In this document: positions 40,601 through 48,861 of the stretch, one piece after another | How the letters are laid out: every line of letters begins with the position of its first letter | How positions within the stretch are numbered: position 1 is the stretch's first letter | NCBI GenBank assembly: GCA_965215015.1 | Contig: OZ244042.1 | Location: 1,920,001 to 1,984,000 of the forward strand | Length of the DNA: 64,000 nucleotides | DNA from: Candidatus Poribacteria bacterium | GTDB taxonomy: Bacteria > Poribacteria > WGA-4E > PCPOR2b | Reading direction: 5' to 3' | The notes under the pieces: generated by a model | Told to the model about the DNA's origin: nothing | The model's database searches: none | What the model saw: only the letters and a program-made list of their open reading frames with translations | Made by a program: the position numbers and the translations under genes

Positions 40601-43600
40601 TCATGTTGGTGTTGAGTTGTTACAACGGCTATTTTGATGCACCCGGCGAACCGAGCATGGCAGAAAAGATGCTCCGACAGGATAAGAGTGGAATCATCGC
40701 TATGTTAAGTGCCACCCGCCTCACCTATGGCAGCGGTAACGACGCTCTCAACTCTATCATTTTTGATATGATTTTTGAGCGAAATATACGACAACTCGGA
40801 CCAATCAGCTTCGACTCCAAGATTGAACAGTTAATCCAGGACGGGCGTGGACAACTCAATGTCATGCTAGAATATACCCTCTTTGGTGATCCGGCGATGA
40901 ACCTCGCCATGGCGGATTATGAAGTGCAGGCGGATATTGAAACGAAAACCGTTACATCTGGACAACTGCTCAAAATCGCTCCGGGGCAGATTGGCGAAGT
41001 TACCTACAATCCCACAATGAGAGAGAAACAGTTTACACCGACTTCAAATTTCAATGGAAAGATTTATGCAAAAGCCGTTTTTCCCGGCACTTATTCAAAC
41101 GTTGAGGGAGAAGAGGGGACACTAAAGGTATACTCAGGCGATGTCGCTGTTGCCCAAGAGGCAACCGTAGTGAACGGTAAATTCCCCGGACTTTCCCTCC
41201 CTGTGCCCAAAGGAATCAGTGCGGGGCAAGGTCATATCAAATTTTATGCTGAAAGCGCAACCCACATTGCTGCCAGCGGAAGCTCATTTGCCGTGCTCGT
41301 ACCGAAGATTCTTGACATACAACCGGAGCTCGTTCCCAGCAGCCCGGGAAGCGAGCCCTCTCAATTTCGTATATTCGCGCAAATCTCCGATGAGTTGAAT
41401 GAACAGGGCATCAAGTCAGTCATCCTAGAGTGGCGGGACCCGGTGAAGAGAGAATCGTTCACAGAAACGATGCTCCGGGATACATCACGCGGGACTGGTT
41501 GGTATACAACTCCCAAGCCATTACCTCTACCGGCCAACCGAGCAAGCATTCGATATGAAATTGTGGTCATTGACATTGACAACCGATATGTCACTTCTGG
41601 ACGACGGACATACCGACCGCTTACATTTCCTGACCTGCGAGTTATCCTCGGACGAAGCTTTGCGAATGATTCGTTGATCTACTACGGCTACTCCCGCGAA
41701 GATGGGGCGTGGACGATTAACGCGGATATTGAGCAGATAGAAGATATCGAATTAAAAGAAAATATAGAAGTGGCTTTCTTTGAAGGAAATCCCGACCTCG
41801 ATGGAGATGGTGTCGTGGATTTCGGCGCAAAGCTACTTGGAAAAACGCAGATTCCACCCAGTGCCTGGCAGCGCAGAAACCCGGTAGAGCCCCATAAAAA
41901 TGTACTCCGGAACAGTGCTGAAACCGATAGTTTGCGCCGTCCCCGGGCTTTGAGGGATAGACCTCTCAACACTAACTGGATTGCAACAGCAACTCTTAAA
42001 CACGAATTGCCAATTGGGAACCACGAAATTTTTGTATACGTTGATCCAGCCTTTAATTCTAACGAATTGCCTTACGCCAAACTACGCGAAGGTGATGAAA
42101 AAGACAATATCGAATCGCGTCTCATCCAAGTTCAGAGTGTCCTCATCGGTAAAAAGGATCAGCGCGTTTTCAGCCAAGACGCTGCGATCGATTTCCGCGT
42201 GCCCGCACGCGCTGTTCCACAACTCGCCGTTTTTACAATTACACCGCTCAATAGCCAACAGCAGCCTAAACCGGTGAATCCATCAAGTCTTATCCCGGTT
42301 GCACTGCCGAACGGAGAGGACACCGCAGCTTACAGCGCAGTGCTCGACATAGCGTCTTTGAATCAGATGCCGCTACAACAGCCAATAACAGCGCAACTGC
42401 GCTTTGACCGTTTGGCGTTGAAAGAAGCGATTAAGCAAGAATTAGGGTTAGAAGAAATCTCAGATCCGGCACCCGATCAGATTGTAACGATTGACGAAGG
42501 AGCAGAGGAAATCGCAAAGGAGATTGGCATGTACCTTTGGGTGGATGTGCTGAAAAACTGGGCCCGCCTCGATTCAGAGTTGGTTACAGAATCTGATGGA
42601 TCGATGCAAACTCAATCTACGCTTGCAAACATCAGCGCATCAAATCACGGGGACGGGGACATCCACGCGGTTCCAATTGATCCAGCCGCCGTACGAGCCG
42701 GTAAATGGGTGCTGCTCTTTACATCGTCCGGAACTTACCGACTGCTAATCAGCCAAGAAGAAAAATCGCTGGAACTCGTTGACTCAAATCGATTGGTGGA
42801 CCCATCTTCCCAAGCACCCAGCGTGTTCAGAGACGGGGTGGCTATCGGGATACGGTCCGGCGAAAATGATTTCCAGTTTGGAGATGTCCTCACCTTTCAA
42901 ATATTTGAAACTGCGTCCAGTGGTTCCGATACTACGTTCTATGCTTCAGGCTTCCGCGAGCAGAATATTGGGAGAGGCAGTATCCAATATATTCGTCTTG
43001 AAGAAAGTTCATTAATACTACCGGATCAGTGGGTCATTCTGTTCATCGATTCGCAGCATTTCCAGATTGAAGGAGAAAAGAACGGGGCCCTAGCACGAAA
43101 CGGTCAGCCCCTGCACGGTAAAGTTGGGACCGAGTTCCTTTATCCTGAATTTGGGCTACGTCTCAAGATATCAGCTGGGGAGCGAGAATTTGAAGCCGGA
43201 GATAGCTTCCGGTTTAAGACAAAGGAGACCGGGCGGATCCGTGCTGAAGTCCCAATGCTTGGCACATTGACATTGATGCAAAGTAACGATACCATTCCCC
43301 CCGATCTCCAACTCACAATTGGTAAACAGAATTTTATTGATGGCGATCCAGTCTCCTCAGAACCGTTCATCCAAGCGACACTTACAGACGACAACGGCAT
43401 CGATTACATTACTCGTCCAGTCCATCTCGAAATCAGTCGGGATAATCAGCAATTCACACCAATCTCAGAAGCAGAGTATCGACTTAGCAATGTTTCAGGG
43501 TCTAATCAGGTCAGTCTAAACTATCAGTCGCCCCACATTGAGCCGGGAACATATCGAATCCGCCTGAGTGCCAGCGATCTTGAGGGGAACTCATCTGATG

Positions 43601-43923
43601 AGGAAATTGAATTTCGCATCCATAAAATTCTTCAGTTGCTCAGAGCGATGAACTACCCTAACCCATTCAACAGAGAGACCGAAATCACCTGTGAACTGAC
43701 CGGTGCCGCCGATGAAATGATAGTCAAAATTTACAGTCTATCGGGGCGGTTAATCCGTGAATTCACTGAACCGGCGCGAGCTGGGTTCACGATGATACCT
43801 TGGGATGGACGGGACAGAGATGGCGATGAGGTTGCCAACGGCGTGTACTACTGCAAGATTCGTGTTAAGAGGACGGGGGAGAAAGACCTGACAGAATACA
43901 TCAAGATGATGAAGTTAAAATAA
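37648..43923 (+). CDS. Giant C25 (gingipain-family) cysteine peptidase, PorU-like, with propeptide and C-terminal FlgD/CTD-like domain
   Basis: AGNPRLPV propeptide; YKILVDKTGIYRL..VPIYIHGEEDGRFDRGDFIEFLG..YTRWNVYWL PorU-type region; ADYLIITH, IYDIFSNG, IGRL, catalytic YAGHG and LSCYNG, TLFGDPA; NYPNPF...WDGRD.DGDEVANGVY...KLK. Confidence 0.88.
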   Translation: MNRQISNSTEAGIDCTDNSAMPGLWASYLLPFVYTLCCFYLLDTWTLDAHATASAKTDQNGITVEFNLPKLEISTVKRNGVRYQAVSFEGSGFTSKAGNPRLPVSRIMLGVPPNVKFHVEILRATTEIRSGYRIPPVPHKVPKLRSDSPASPFHSENFQTIEEEWREDGPAYQSASDYPKTVAQVVYDGYIRSQRVLYLELHPIRYQPKSRILRIHSHMTVRVHFVHQGADNRFQSTTTSPSQFATTEPASFERMYQNVLLNYDAAKHWRVPTTNANAPPVLNPDHSIGAGPAGQEQANRKRYKILVDKTGIYRLTSEDLRRTWGIDLSGIDPRLLHLRTSNREVPIYIHGEEDGRFDRGDFIEFLGVDANNRYTRWNVYWLGAEGTRGTRVSEIHASPDDSTAKLVPGFRSKIYFEEDHLHNNLRHVHPSDVSPDDKHRWFEALDFWYWTGVKNLADANEVDLEFPLYDLTQSFDQPSIRVTLQGGTPTDHEVLVSINNIRIDEVKWPSQKVATIGKTLRVWNNLRDATKGEKNVITLARIDTTEEENTTAFPHHVYINSFEVEYTRLLKAVNDSLEFTTPASIDPYNARRQRRLEYTVQTFLSPEVAIFEHDGEVLISKLQNLKIERVDLDRVERNRLREIYRLNAETDTANQPSLQDIPRVAYNATFQVRDAHDAKYIAVSSAGVRQPVRVQAAMPSDLLSPTNSADYLIITHPIFLEPSKRLAQWRSTQKGGGYRTKVVDVTQIYDIFSNGMVNPQAIKDFLTYAYKNWQPPALSYLTIMGDGTYDYRGIDKEIYPEPPEVAGYIPTHYIWTISFGKTSVDHWYTTINGVDELPDFYIGRLSVETLEEAENVVDKLINYDDKRPNGNWRRRIISVADDEINNSGDEIFKRSLTATSKNQALLGYETVPIYLEDVIDMVEANKAAYPNLPQRVAKDMIIDAMGDGAVIAQYAGHGGRIVWAHEAIFDNRAVDQVDQTDHLPFMLVLSCYNGYFDAPGEPSMAEKMLRQDKSGIIAMLSATRLTYGSGNDALNSIIFDMIFERNIRQLGPISFDSKIEQLIQDGRGQLNVMLEYTLFGDPAMNLAMADYEVQADIETKTVTSGQLLKIAPGQIGEVTYNPTMREKQFTPTSNFNGKIYAKAVFPGTYSNVEGEEGTLKVYSGDVAVAQEATVVNGKFPGLSLPVPKGISAGQGHIKFYAESATHIAASGSSFAVLVPKILDIQPELVPSSPGSEPSQFRIFAQISDELNEQGIKSVILEWRDPVKRESFTETMLRDTSRGTGWYTTPKPLPLPANRASIRYEIVVIDIDNRYVTSGRRTYRPLTFPDLRVILGRSFANDSLIYYGYSREDGAWTINADIEQIEDIELKENIEVAFFEGNPDLDGDGVVDFGAKLLGKTQIPPSAWQRRNPVEPHKNVLRNSAETDSLRRPRALRDRPLNTNWIATATLKHELPIGNHEIFVYVDPAFNSNELPYAKLREGDEKDNIESRLIQVQSVLIGKKDQRVFSQDAAIDFRVPARAVPQLAVFTITPLNSQQQPKPVNPSSLIPVALPNGEDTAAYSAVLDIASLNQMPLQQPITAQLRFDRLALKEAIKQELGLEEISDPAPDQIVTIDEGAEEIAKEIGMYLWVDVLKNWARLDSELVTESDGSMQTQSTLANISASNHGDGDIHAVPIDPAAVRAGKWVLLFTSSGTYRLLISQEEKSLELVDSNRLVDPSSQAPSVFRDGVAIGIRSGENDFQFGDVLTFQIFETASSGSDTTFYASGFREQNIGRGSIQYIRLEESSLILPDQWVILFIDSQHFQIEGEKNGALARNGQPLHGKVGTEFLYPEFGLRLKISAGEREFEAGDSFRFKTKETGRIRAEVPMLGTLTLMQSNDTIPPDLQLTIGKQNFIDGDPVSSEPFIQATLTDDNGIDYITRPVHLEISRDNQQFTPISEAEYRLSNVSGSNQVSLNYQSPHIEPGTYRIRLSASDLEGNSSDEEIEFRIHKILQLLRAMNYPNPFNRETEITCELTGAADEMIVKIYSLSGRLIREFTEPARAGFTMIPWDGRDRDGDEVANGVYYCKIRVKRTGEKDLTEYIKMMKLK

Positions 43924-44046
43924 CCCAGGTTGCTAGTAGTAGATATACTCCGTATGCCCGAACCTGTAGGTCGGGCATCTTGCCCGACCATAGCCCCAGC
44001 GGGCTAACATGTGTGTAGTATTATAAAAAACTAGCGACTTGAGTTA
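43921..44046. mobile_element. MITE-like family B overlapping the stop codon of the C25 gene
   Basis: Inverted ends TAACCCAGGTTGCTAG / CTAGCGACTTGAGTTA with internal REP hairpins. Confidence 0.65.
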
Positions 44047-44066
44047 AAGTAGAGTAAGACTATACG

Positions 44067-45080
44067 ATGATCAGATTCAGTTCAATTTTTATTCTCATCC
44101 TTCTCTGCTACCCCACCGTTGCCTTTGCCGCGGAAAAGTATGCAGGCGACTTTTTGACACTCGGCGTCGGTGCACGACCGTTGGGACTGGGCGGAAGTTT
44201 TGCAGCCATCGCGGACGATTCCACCGCGGCTTATTGGAATCCCGCTGGACTTGGGCGGTTGCGCCATTCCGAAGCAGCTTTCATGCACTCAAGTCTTGGG
44301 GACTTGGATAGTTACGATTTCGTCAACTATGTTCACCCAATCGGTGGAACTGCATCAATCGGATTGAGTTGGCTACGAGTGGGAATTGATGACATCCCGA
44401 TCACAGCACTCCCACGCCCCGCGAATCCGGTCAGCCCAGCCAATCGGCCTGAACAGATTGGAACTTTTAGCAGCACCGACAACGCCTTCTTCCTCTCCTA
44501 CGGCAGGCAGGTTGGATTCAACCTAGGGGCAAAACGGATGAACCTGTTCCTTGGTGGAAATGCCAAATTAATCTACATCACTGCACTGGGCAACACCAAT
44601 GCGCTTGGTGTCGGTGGAGACCTGGGACTCCTTTATGCGACATCTCCCGAAAAATCTCGCCGATTATCAATTGGTATCGTCGCACAGGACTTTTTCAGGA
44701 CAAAGTTGTACTGGAATACACCACCAGAAAATCCAGGCGAAGCCTCCAATACAGACACAATCGAACCTAACCTGAAAATCGGCCTTTCTTACCGCCAAGC
44801 ACTTAAGCCGTTAAACAGCCATTTGTTATTCACAGCGGATACTGATAGCCTGTACTCCTTTGAAATGCACTACGGTGCAGAATACGTTTTTGCAGAGCTC
44901 CTCTCATTAAGGATTGGTATTCAAGAGCGAAAAGGCATTAATACCAGCCGTCTAATGACGGCCGGCGCAGGGCTACGGCTTTCTTTTCTTAGCGGTGCCG
45001 CTTTCTCCGTTGATTACGCCTTCTTGGGGAACAGCGAACTGGGTAATAGCAATCGGATTTCTCTGATGACGCGGTTCTGA
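44067..45080 (+). CDS. PorV/PorQ-family (FadL-like) outer-membrane beta-barrel
   Basis: Signal peptide ending AFA; FLTLGVGARPLGLGG.F.AIADD..AAYWNPAGL; GAEY, VDYAF, terminal Phe. Confidence 0.87.
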   Translation: MIRFSSIFILILLCYPTVAFAAEKYAGDFLTLGVGARPLGLGGSFAAIADDSTAAYWNPAGLGRLRHSEAAFMHSSLGDLDSYDFVNYVHPIGGTASIGLSWLRVGIDDIPITALPRPANPVSPANRPEQIGTFSSTDNAFFLSYGRQVGFNLGAKRMNLFLGGNAKLIYITALGNTNALGVGGDLGLLYATSPEKSRRLSIGIVAQDFFRTKLYWNTPPENPGEASNTDTIEPNLKIGLSYRQALKPLNSHLLFTADTDSLYSFEMHYGAEYVFAELLSLRIGIQERKGINTSRLMTAGAGLRLSFLSGAAFSVDYAFLGNSELGNSNRISLMTRF

Positions 45081-45094
45081 TTGATTCATTCGTG

Positions 45095-45322
45095 CTTAGG
45101 AGTTACGCACTTGAGTGTGTCGTAACGCCCTTCAACCCGTGTCACGATAGCCAATAAGGTGCTAACTGGCGCCGCCCAATCCATTGGGCGGGCGTTGAGA
45201 GGCGTGCCTCATCGAATCTGTAATGGGGGTGCAGAGCCTGCCCTCGCTGAAATTGACTTTCGGTGTCGAGATATCAATATAGACCTACAAAGCGTCGAGG
45301 GTTCAACTGCGTAAGACCTAAG
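45095..45322. mobile_element. MITE-like family C copy
   Basis: Inverted ends CTTAGGAGTTACGCA / TGCGTAAGACCTAAG. Confidence 0.65.
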
Positions 45323-45374
45323 TACATTGAATTCATTAATGTACTAATGAACTTTAGGACCGAGGGTGTATTTT

Positions 45375-45403
45375 TTTCCATTTTTTGGCAAACGTGATAT
45401 AAT
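45375..45403 (+). promoter_or_regulatory. Extended -10 promoter
   Basis: TTTCCA-N17-TATAAT with a TG extension (TGaTATAAT). Confidence 0.55.
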
Positions 45404-45407
45404 TCTA

Positions 45408-45565
45408 CTTGCTGGTGCAGCGAGGAGCAGCCTTAATACGAACCGGATTAGCCAGTGCTTGTATCCCGATTTATCGAGGGCACCGTCAACTGGCAATCGC
45501 ACAATTCCAAAGGGCCATGCTTCAGCTTTGGAAATATGCCACCTGGAAATAGAGGAAGCGAGGAA
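45408..45565 (+). ncRNA. Candidate multi-stem structured RNA or 5' leader, family not recognised
   Basis: Stems CTTGCT/AGCGAG, GGTG.CA/TGCCACC, GATTAGCCAGT/ACTGGCAATC and TTCCAAAG/CTTTGGAA; begins just after the promoter. Confidence 0.3.
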
Positions 45566-45607
45566 ACACACCCGATCCCACGCTTCAATTAACCAATGAA
45601 CCTCTGA

Positions 45608-46375
45608 ATGAATGAACCAATGAACCAACAACGGTCCCCCAGCTTTTTCACCCTCCTCACTCTTATCCTCAGTATGGGGCTGATCTGCTCAAGCCACTCC
45701 AATCTGGGGAGTGATGATGATAGTGACCTTTTCACCTTTGTGAGGCTAAAATACACAGGGGACAGTTGGTTCGGTAACGGTTGGGATGTTGATTTACCTG
45801 CCTCTGATCGAAATTTTATCCGAAAGCTCGCGCAGGCGACCAACATTCCCGTTGCCCGCCGCGAAAAAATTATCTCTGTCGGTTCCCCCGCCCTTTTCAA
45901 CTATCCCTTTGCTTACATCTTGGAAGTTGGCACACTCAACCTGAGCAACGCGGAGGCCGCCAATCTCCGTGAATATCTATTACGCGGCGGCTTTATCATG
46001 GTTGACGACTTTCACGGTGGACAGGAATGGCGCCATTTTTATCGCCAATTCAAGAAAATTTTCCCTCAGCGCGAACCTGAAGACATCCCCATGACCCACC
46101 CTTTATTCCACTGTTTTTTTGATATTGACACGCTTGTTCAGATTCCCGGTCTGAGATCCCTATTCAATGGACGAACCTACGAGCGACGGGACGGCTACCC
46201 CGCCTATTGTCGCGGCGTTTACGATGCACACGGGCGCTTAATGATGATGATTAATTTCAACACCGATATAGGGGATGCGTGGGAACATGCAGCGGAAGAC
46301 TTCTATCCACGCGAACTCTCTGATATGGCTTACCGCATGGGAATCAACGCCGTGGTCTATGCGTTGACGCATTAG
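45608..46375 (+). CDS. DUF4159-family protein
   Basis: FTFVRLKY..W..D.P.SDRNF, LFNYPFAY, LREYLLRGGFIMVDDF, HPLFHCFF, NTDIGDAWE, MGIN..VYALTH. Confidence 0.87.
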   Translation: MNEPMNQQRSPSFFTLLTLILSMGLICSSHSNLGSDDDSDLFTFVRLKYTGDSWFGNGWDVDLPASDRNFIRKLAQATNIPVARREKIISVGSPALFNYPFAYILEVGTLNLSNAEAANLREYLLRGGFIMVDDFHGGQEWRHFYRQFKKIFPQREPEDIPMTHPLFHCFFDIDTLVQIPGLRSLFNGRTYERRDGYPAYCRGVYDAHGRLMMMINFNTDIGDAWEHAAEDFYPRELSDMAYRMGINAVVYALTH

Positions 46376-46376
46376 C

Positions 46377-46808
46377 GTGAACGTAGAGCGGCCGAAAATG
46401 GGAAGGGGTAACATATGGTTTACGTCCCTTGAGCCACTATCATCTATTATAGGGACGAAAGAACATATAACCTCTCAAGATGCAAAGCAATCCGTTATAG
46501 AAAAAGAGTCTCCGTTTCCAGATCGAGATCCGTGGTCGGTCTATCACAACAAGATAGTTGACTTGACAATTGACACCTTTAGAAAGGCAGGTGCTCCAAT
46601 GACCCCGGAAAGTCGAGCAGACGTTCGGGCACAGCTTGCCGCCCAGCACGAAGCCCTCCGAGCATCAGGGGAGCCGATGCCGGCGGTGCCAAAATCTTTG
46701 GAAGTCATAAAAAAAGTGTTAAGTTCAAGAGGTAAACTGCATGAAGGACCGCAGACAGTTCGGAATTCAGAGCGTTCTGAGGAGGATGATGTGCCGCCGA
46801 CACAGTAG
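46377..46808 (+). pseudogene. Possible remnant or hypothetical protein fragment
   Basis: 143-aa ORF with protein-like composition but no RBS or recognisable domain. Confidence 0.25.
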
Positions 46809-46859
46809 GGCATCTTTTATTAACTACCGCTTTTTACTTACTTTCCCATTTGCCGAATA

Positions 46860-48818
46860 TTAGAATTTTCCAAAAACGCGCACGAAGGTTTCCATGAAGT
46901 TATCATCGTTCGCGTCCGTGTTGGCGCGTTGATCGATGTATTGCGCGCCGATGTGTAGAAACAGCTCTTTTTCGTAGGCGACAAAGCTTTTTTCCATCTC
47001 AGCCAGAAGAGCTTGACGAATAAAATCGTTTCCATCCTCAAGCATATCATTGAAGAATAGAACCTGCCCGCCTCCAGTGATTTTGATGGTCTTGGTGAAC
47101 TGGTAAACAACTTTGAGAATAAATGCAGACGCCGCGTCGCGCACATGCGCCGCTTCAATGACACGAAGTCGGATATTGCGTGAGGTCACTGCACCGTCAA
47201 TCTCCCCCACCAATGAGAGATGTTCCAAACGGTCCTCTGCCATCTGAAAACCGTTGCGAATCGTGTATTTGAACATCGGTGTAATTTCGAGCGATTTGGA
47301 TGGACGGATGCGGTAGTTTGTTTTTAGGATGCCGACTTCGTAATGTTTGTTATCCCGATCAAAATCGAGATTGTATCGTAGTTTGAGGCGTCCTGTTGTG
47401 ACCATCTGCTTAATCCCTGAATATTCCCAAGTAACCTTGGCGGTGTTGATTACGTCATCCTGCATCAACAATGGATCTTTGCGCCGTTTCTCGACCTCAA
47501 CACCACCATCTATATCAAAAAATGTCACATCCCCTCTCGCTTCCATTTGCTGCACGTCGGGTTGAGCCCGGTAGAGTTGTCCCTCCTCCCTACTCAGGAA
47601 ACCGGCGAAGTACCAAGTTTCATCGGGAATACGGTCCTTTACCCACTTCAATTCGTTCTCGACAATCAGAGCAGCATCCTTAGAAAGATCCCTCTTGTGA
47701 ACCAGGTTGGTGAACGCCTTTGTTGCTGTCGAGGAATAGCGAAACGCCGTATCCCTGAGGTCCTTTTCAAATTGCAAACCAATATCAAGATCTGTGGAAC
47801 TTCCACTACTACTGGTCTTCTGTTTCATCAACAGCCGCAGGCCTCGCAGGCCAACATCAAATTCGTAATTGGGGTCCTTATCGTTCTCTTCCTCGTCCCG
47901 GAGACCGTTGTTATTCTGATCTCTTTCGTCAAGGAAATCCTCATCGACATCAAAGAGCAGAATGTCATCCTCATAATCGAAGGTGCCATTGTTGTTCTTA
48001 TCAAGGTCCCCGGGAATAATTAGAGAAGGCGGATCTAGCCACGTATTATCGGTGTACCGGTCCTGATCATCGTTATCCCCGACAGACCGAGAGGCATCAA
48101 AACGGGAACCGACGCGGAACGCTTCCCCCTGAAAGATGGTATCCCCAACTGTTCGGAACGCCTTAAACACAGTTGTCGTTGCGTCAAAACGCGAACTGAG
48201 GTCCTTTCTCAATGCGCCTTTTGGCGTTGCCGCAAACTCTGCCTTTAGACCGTAGTTTGCAAAGTTAGTCTCCATATCCAGAGCCCATACCGGCGTGTCG
48301 CGGAAATACCAAGAAGCTCCTAGCTTGGACTTTCCGAATTTCGTCACTTCGCGTATGCCAATTCCAGACCCCTTGACAGCTTCTTGACCGATTACCGGAT
48401 TGAGCAGACCGGGGACCATTAAGATCATCCAATCAGTCCGTTCGGAACGCACATCCCAACGCACCCCTGAGAGGTCAATCTGATCGAAGGTAAACTTTGT
48501 AAAGGTCGTCGGCACCTCTCCCAAACTCAAGATGTTTTTGACATTGCCAGCGGTCTCCTCAATAATCATGACACTATGGAATCCACGCCGAAACACGCGG
48601 TCAAAATCGAACTCGTTCTGTCGGACCGCATCCTCCTCCGTATCTGCGAGAAAATCTCGTCTATTAGTAAAATCATATTCCACACGCCCTGACAGAAAGA
48701 GCTTACCGAATAGACTGTAGACATCCTCGCCCTCTACCGGAAAGGTCAGAGGACCGAACAGGAAGAAAACCACAAAGCCGAAGATTGAAAACTTCGCCTT
48801 TACCTGCCACTTATTCAT
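46860..48818 (-). CDS. Putative outer-membrane beta-barrel protein with Asp-rich calcium-binding-like loops
   Basis: N-terminal signal-like segment, alternating amphipathic strands, terminal FVRVFGKF, DxDxNxNG-like loops (DLDKNNNG, DQNNNG). Confidence 0.72.
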   Translation of the reverse strand: MNKWQVKAKFSIFGFVVFFLFGPLTFPVEGEDVYSLFGKLFLSGRVEYDFTNRRDFLADTEEDAVRQNEFDFDRVFRRGFHSVMIIEETAGNVKNILSLGEVPTTFTKFTFDQIDLSGVRWDVRSERTDWMILMVPGLLNPVIGQEAVKGSGIGIREVTKFGKSKLGASWYFRDTPVWALDMETNFANYGLKAEFAATPKGALRKDLSSRFDATTTVFKAFRTVGDTIFQGEAFRVGSRFDASRSVGDNDDQDRYTDNTWLDPPSLIIPGDLDKNNNGTFDYEDDILLFDVDEDFLDERDQNNNGLRDEEENDKDPNYEFDVGLRGLRLLMKQKTSSSGSSTDLDIGLQFEKDLRDTAFRYSSTATKAFTNLVHKRDLSKDAALIVENELKWVKDRIPDETWYFAGFLSREEGQLYRAQPDVQQMEARGDVTFFDIDGGVEVEKRRKDPLLMQDDVINTAKVTWEYSGIKQMVTTGRLKLRYNLDFDRDNKHYEVGILKTNYRIRPSKSLEITPMFKYTIRNGFQMAEDRLEHLSLVGEIDGAVTSRNIRLRVIEAAHVRDAASAFILKVVYQFTKTIKITGGGQVLFFNDMLEDGNDFIRQALLAEMEKSFVAYEKELFLHIGAQYIDQRANTDANDDNFMETFVRVFGKF

Positions 48819-48861
48819 TAGCTAAATTTCCTTTTACGTCCTGCATTTCGCATTTCACCCC

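Noticed and set aside
45410-45460. Cobalamin or TPP riboswitch
   Set aside because: Only superficial GGTGC..TTAATA..GAACC similarity; the B12 box and the CUGAGA core are absent.
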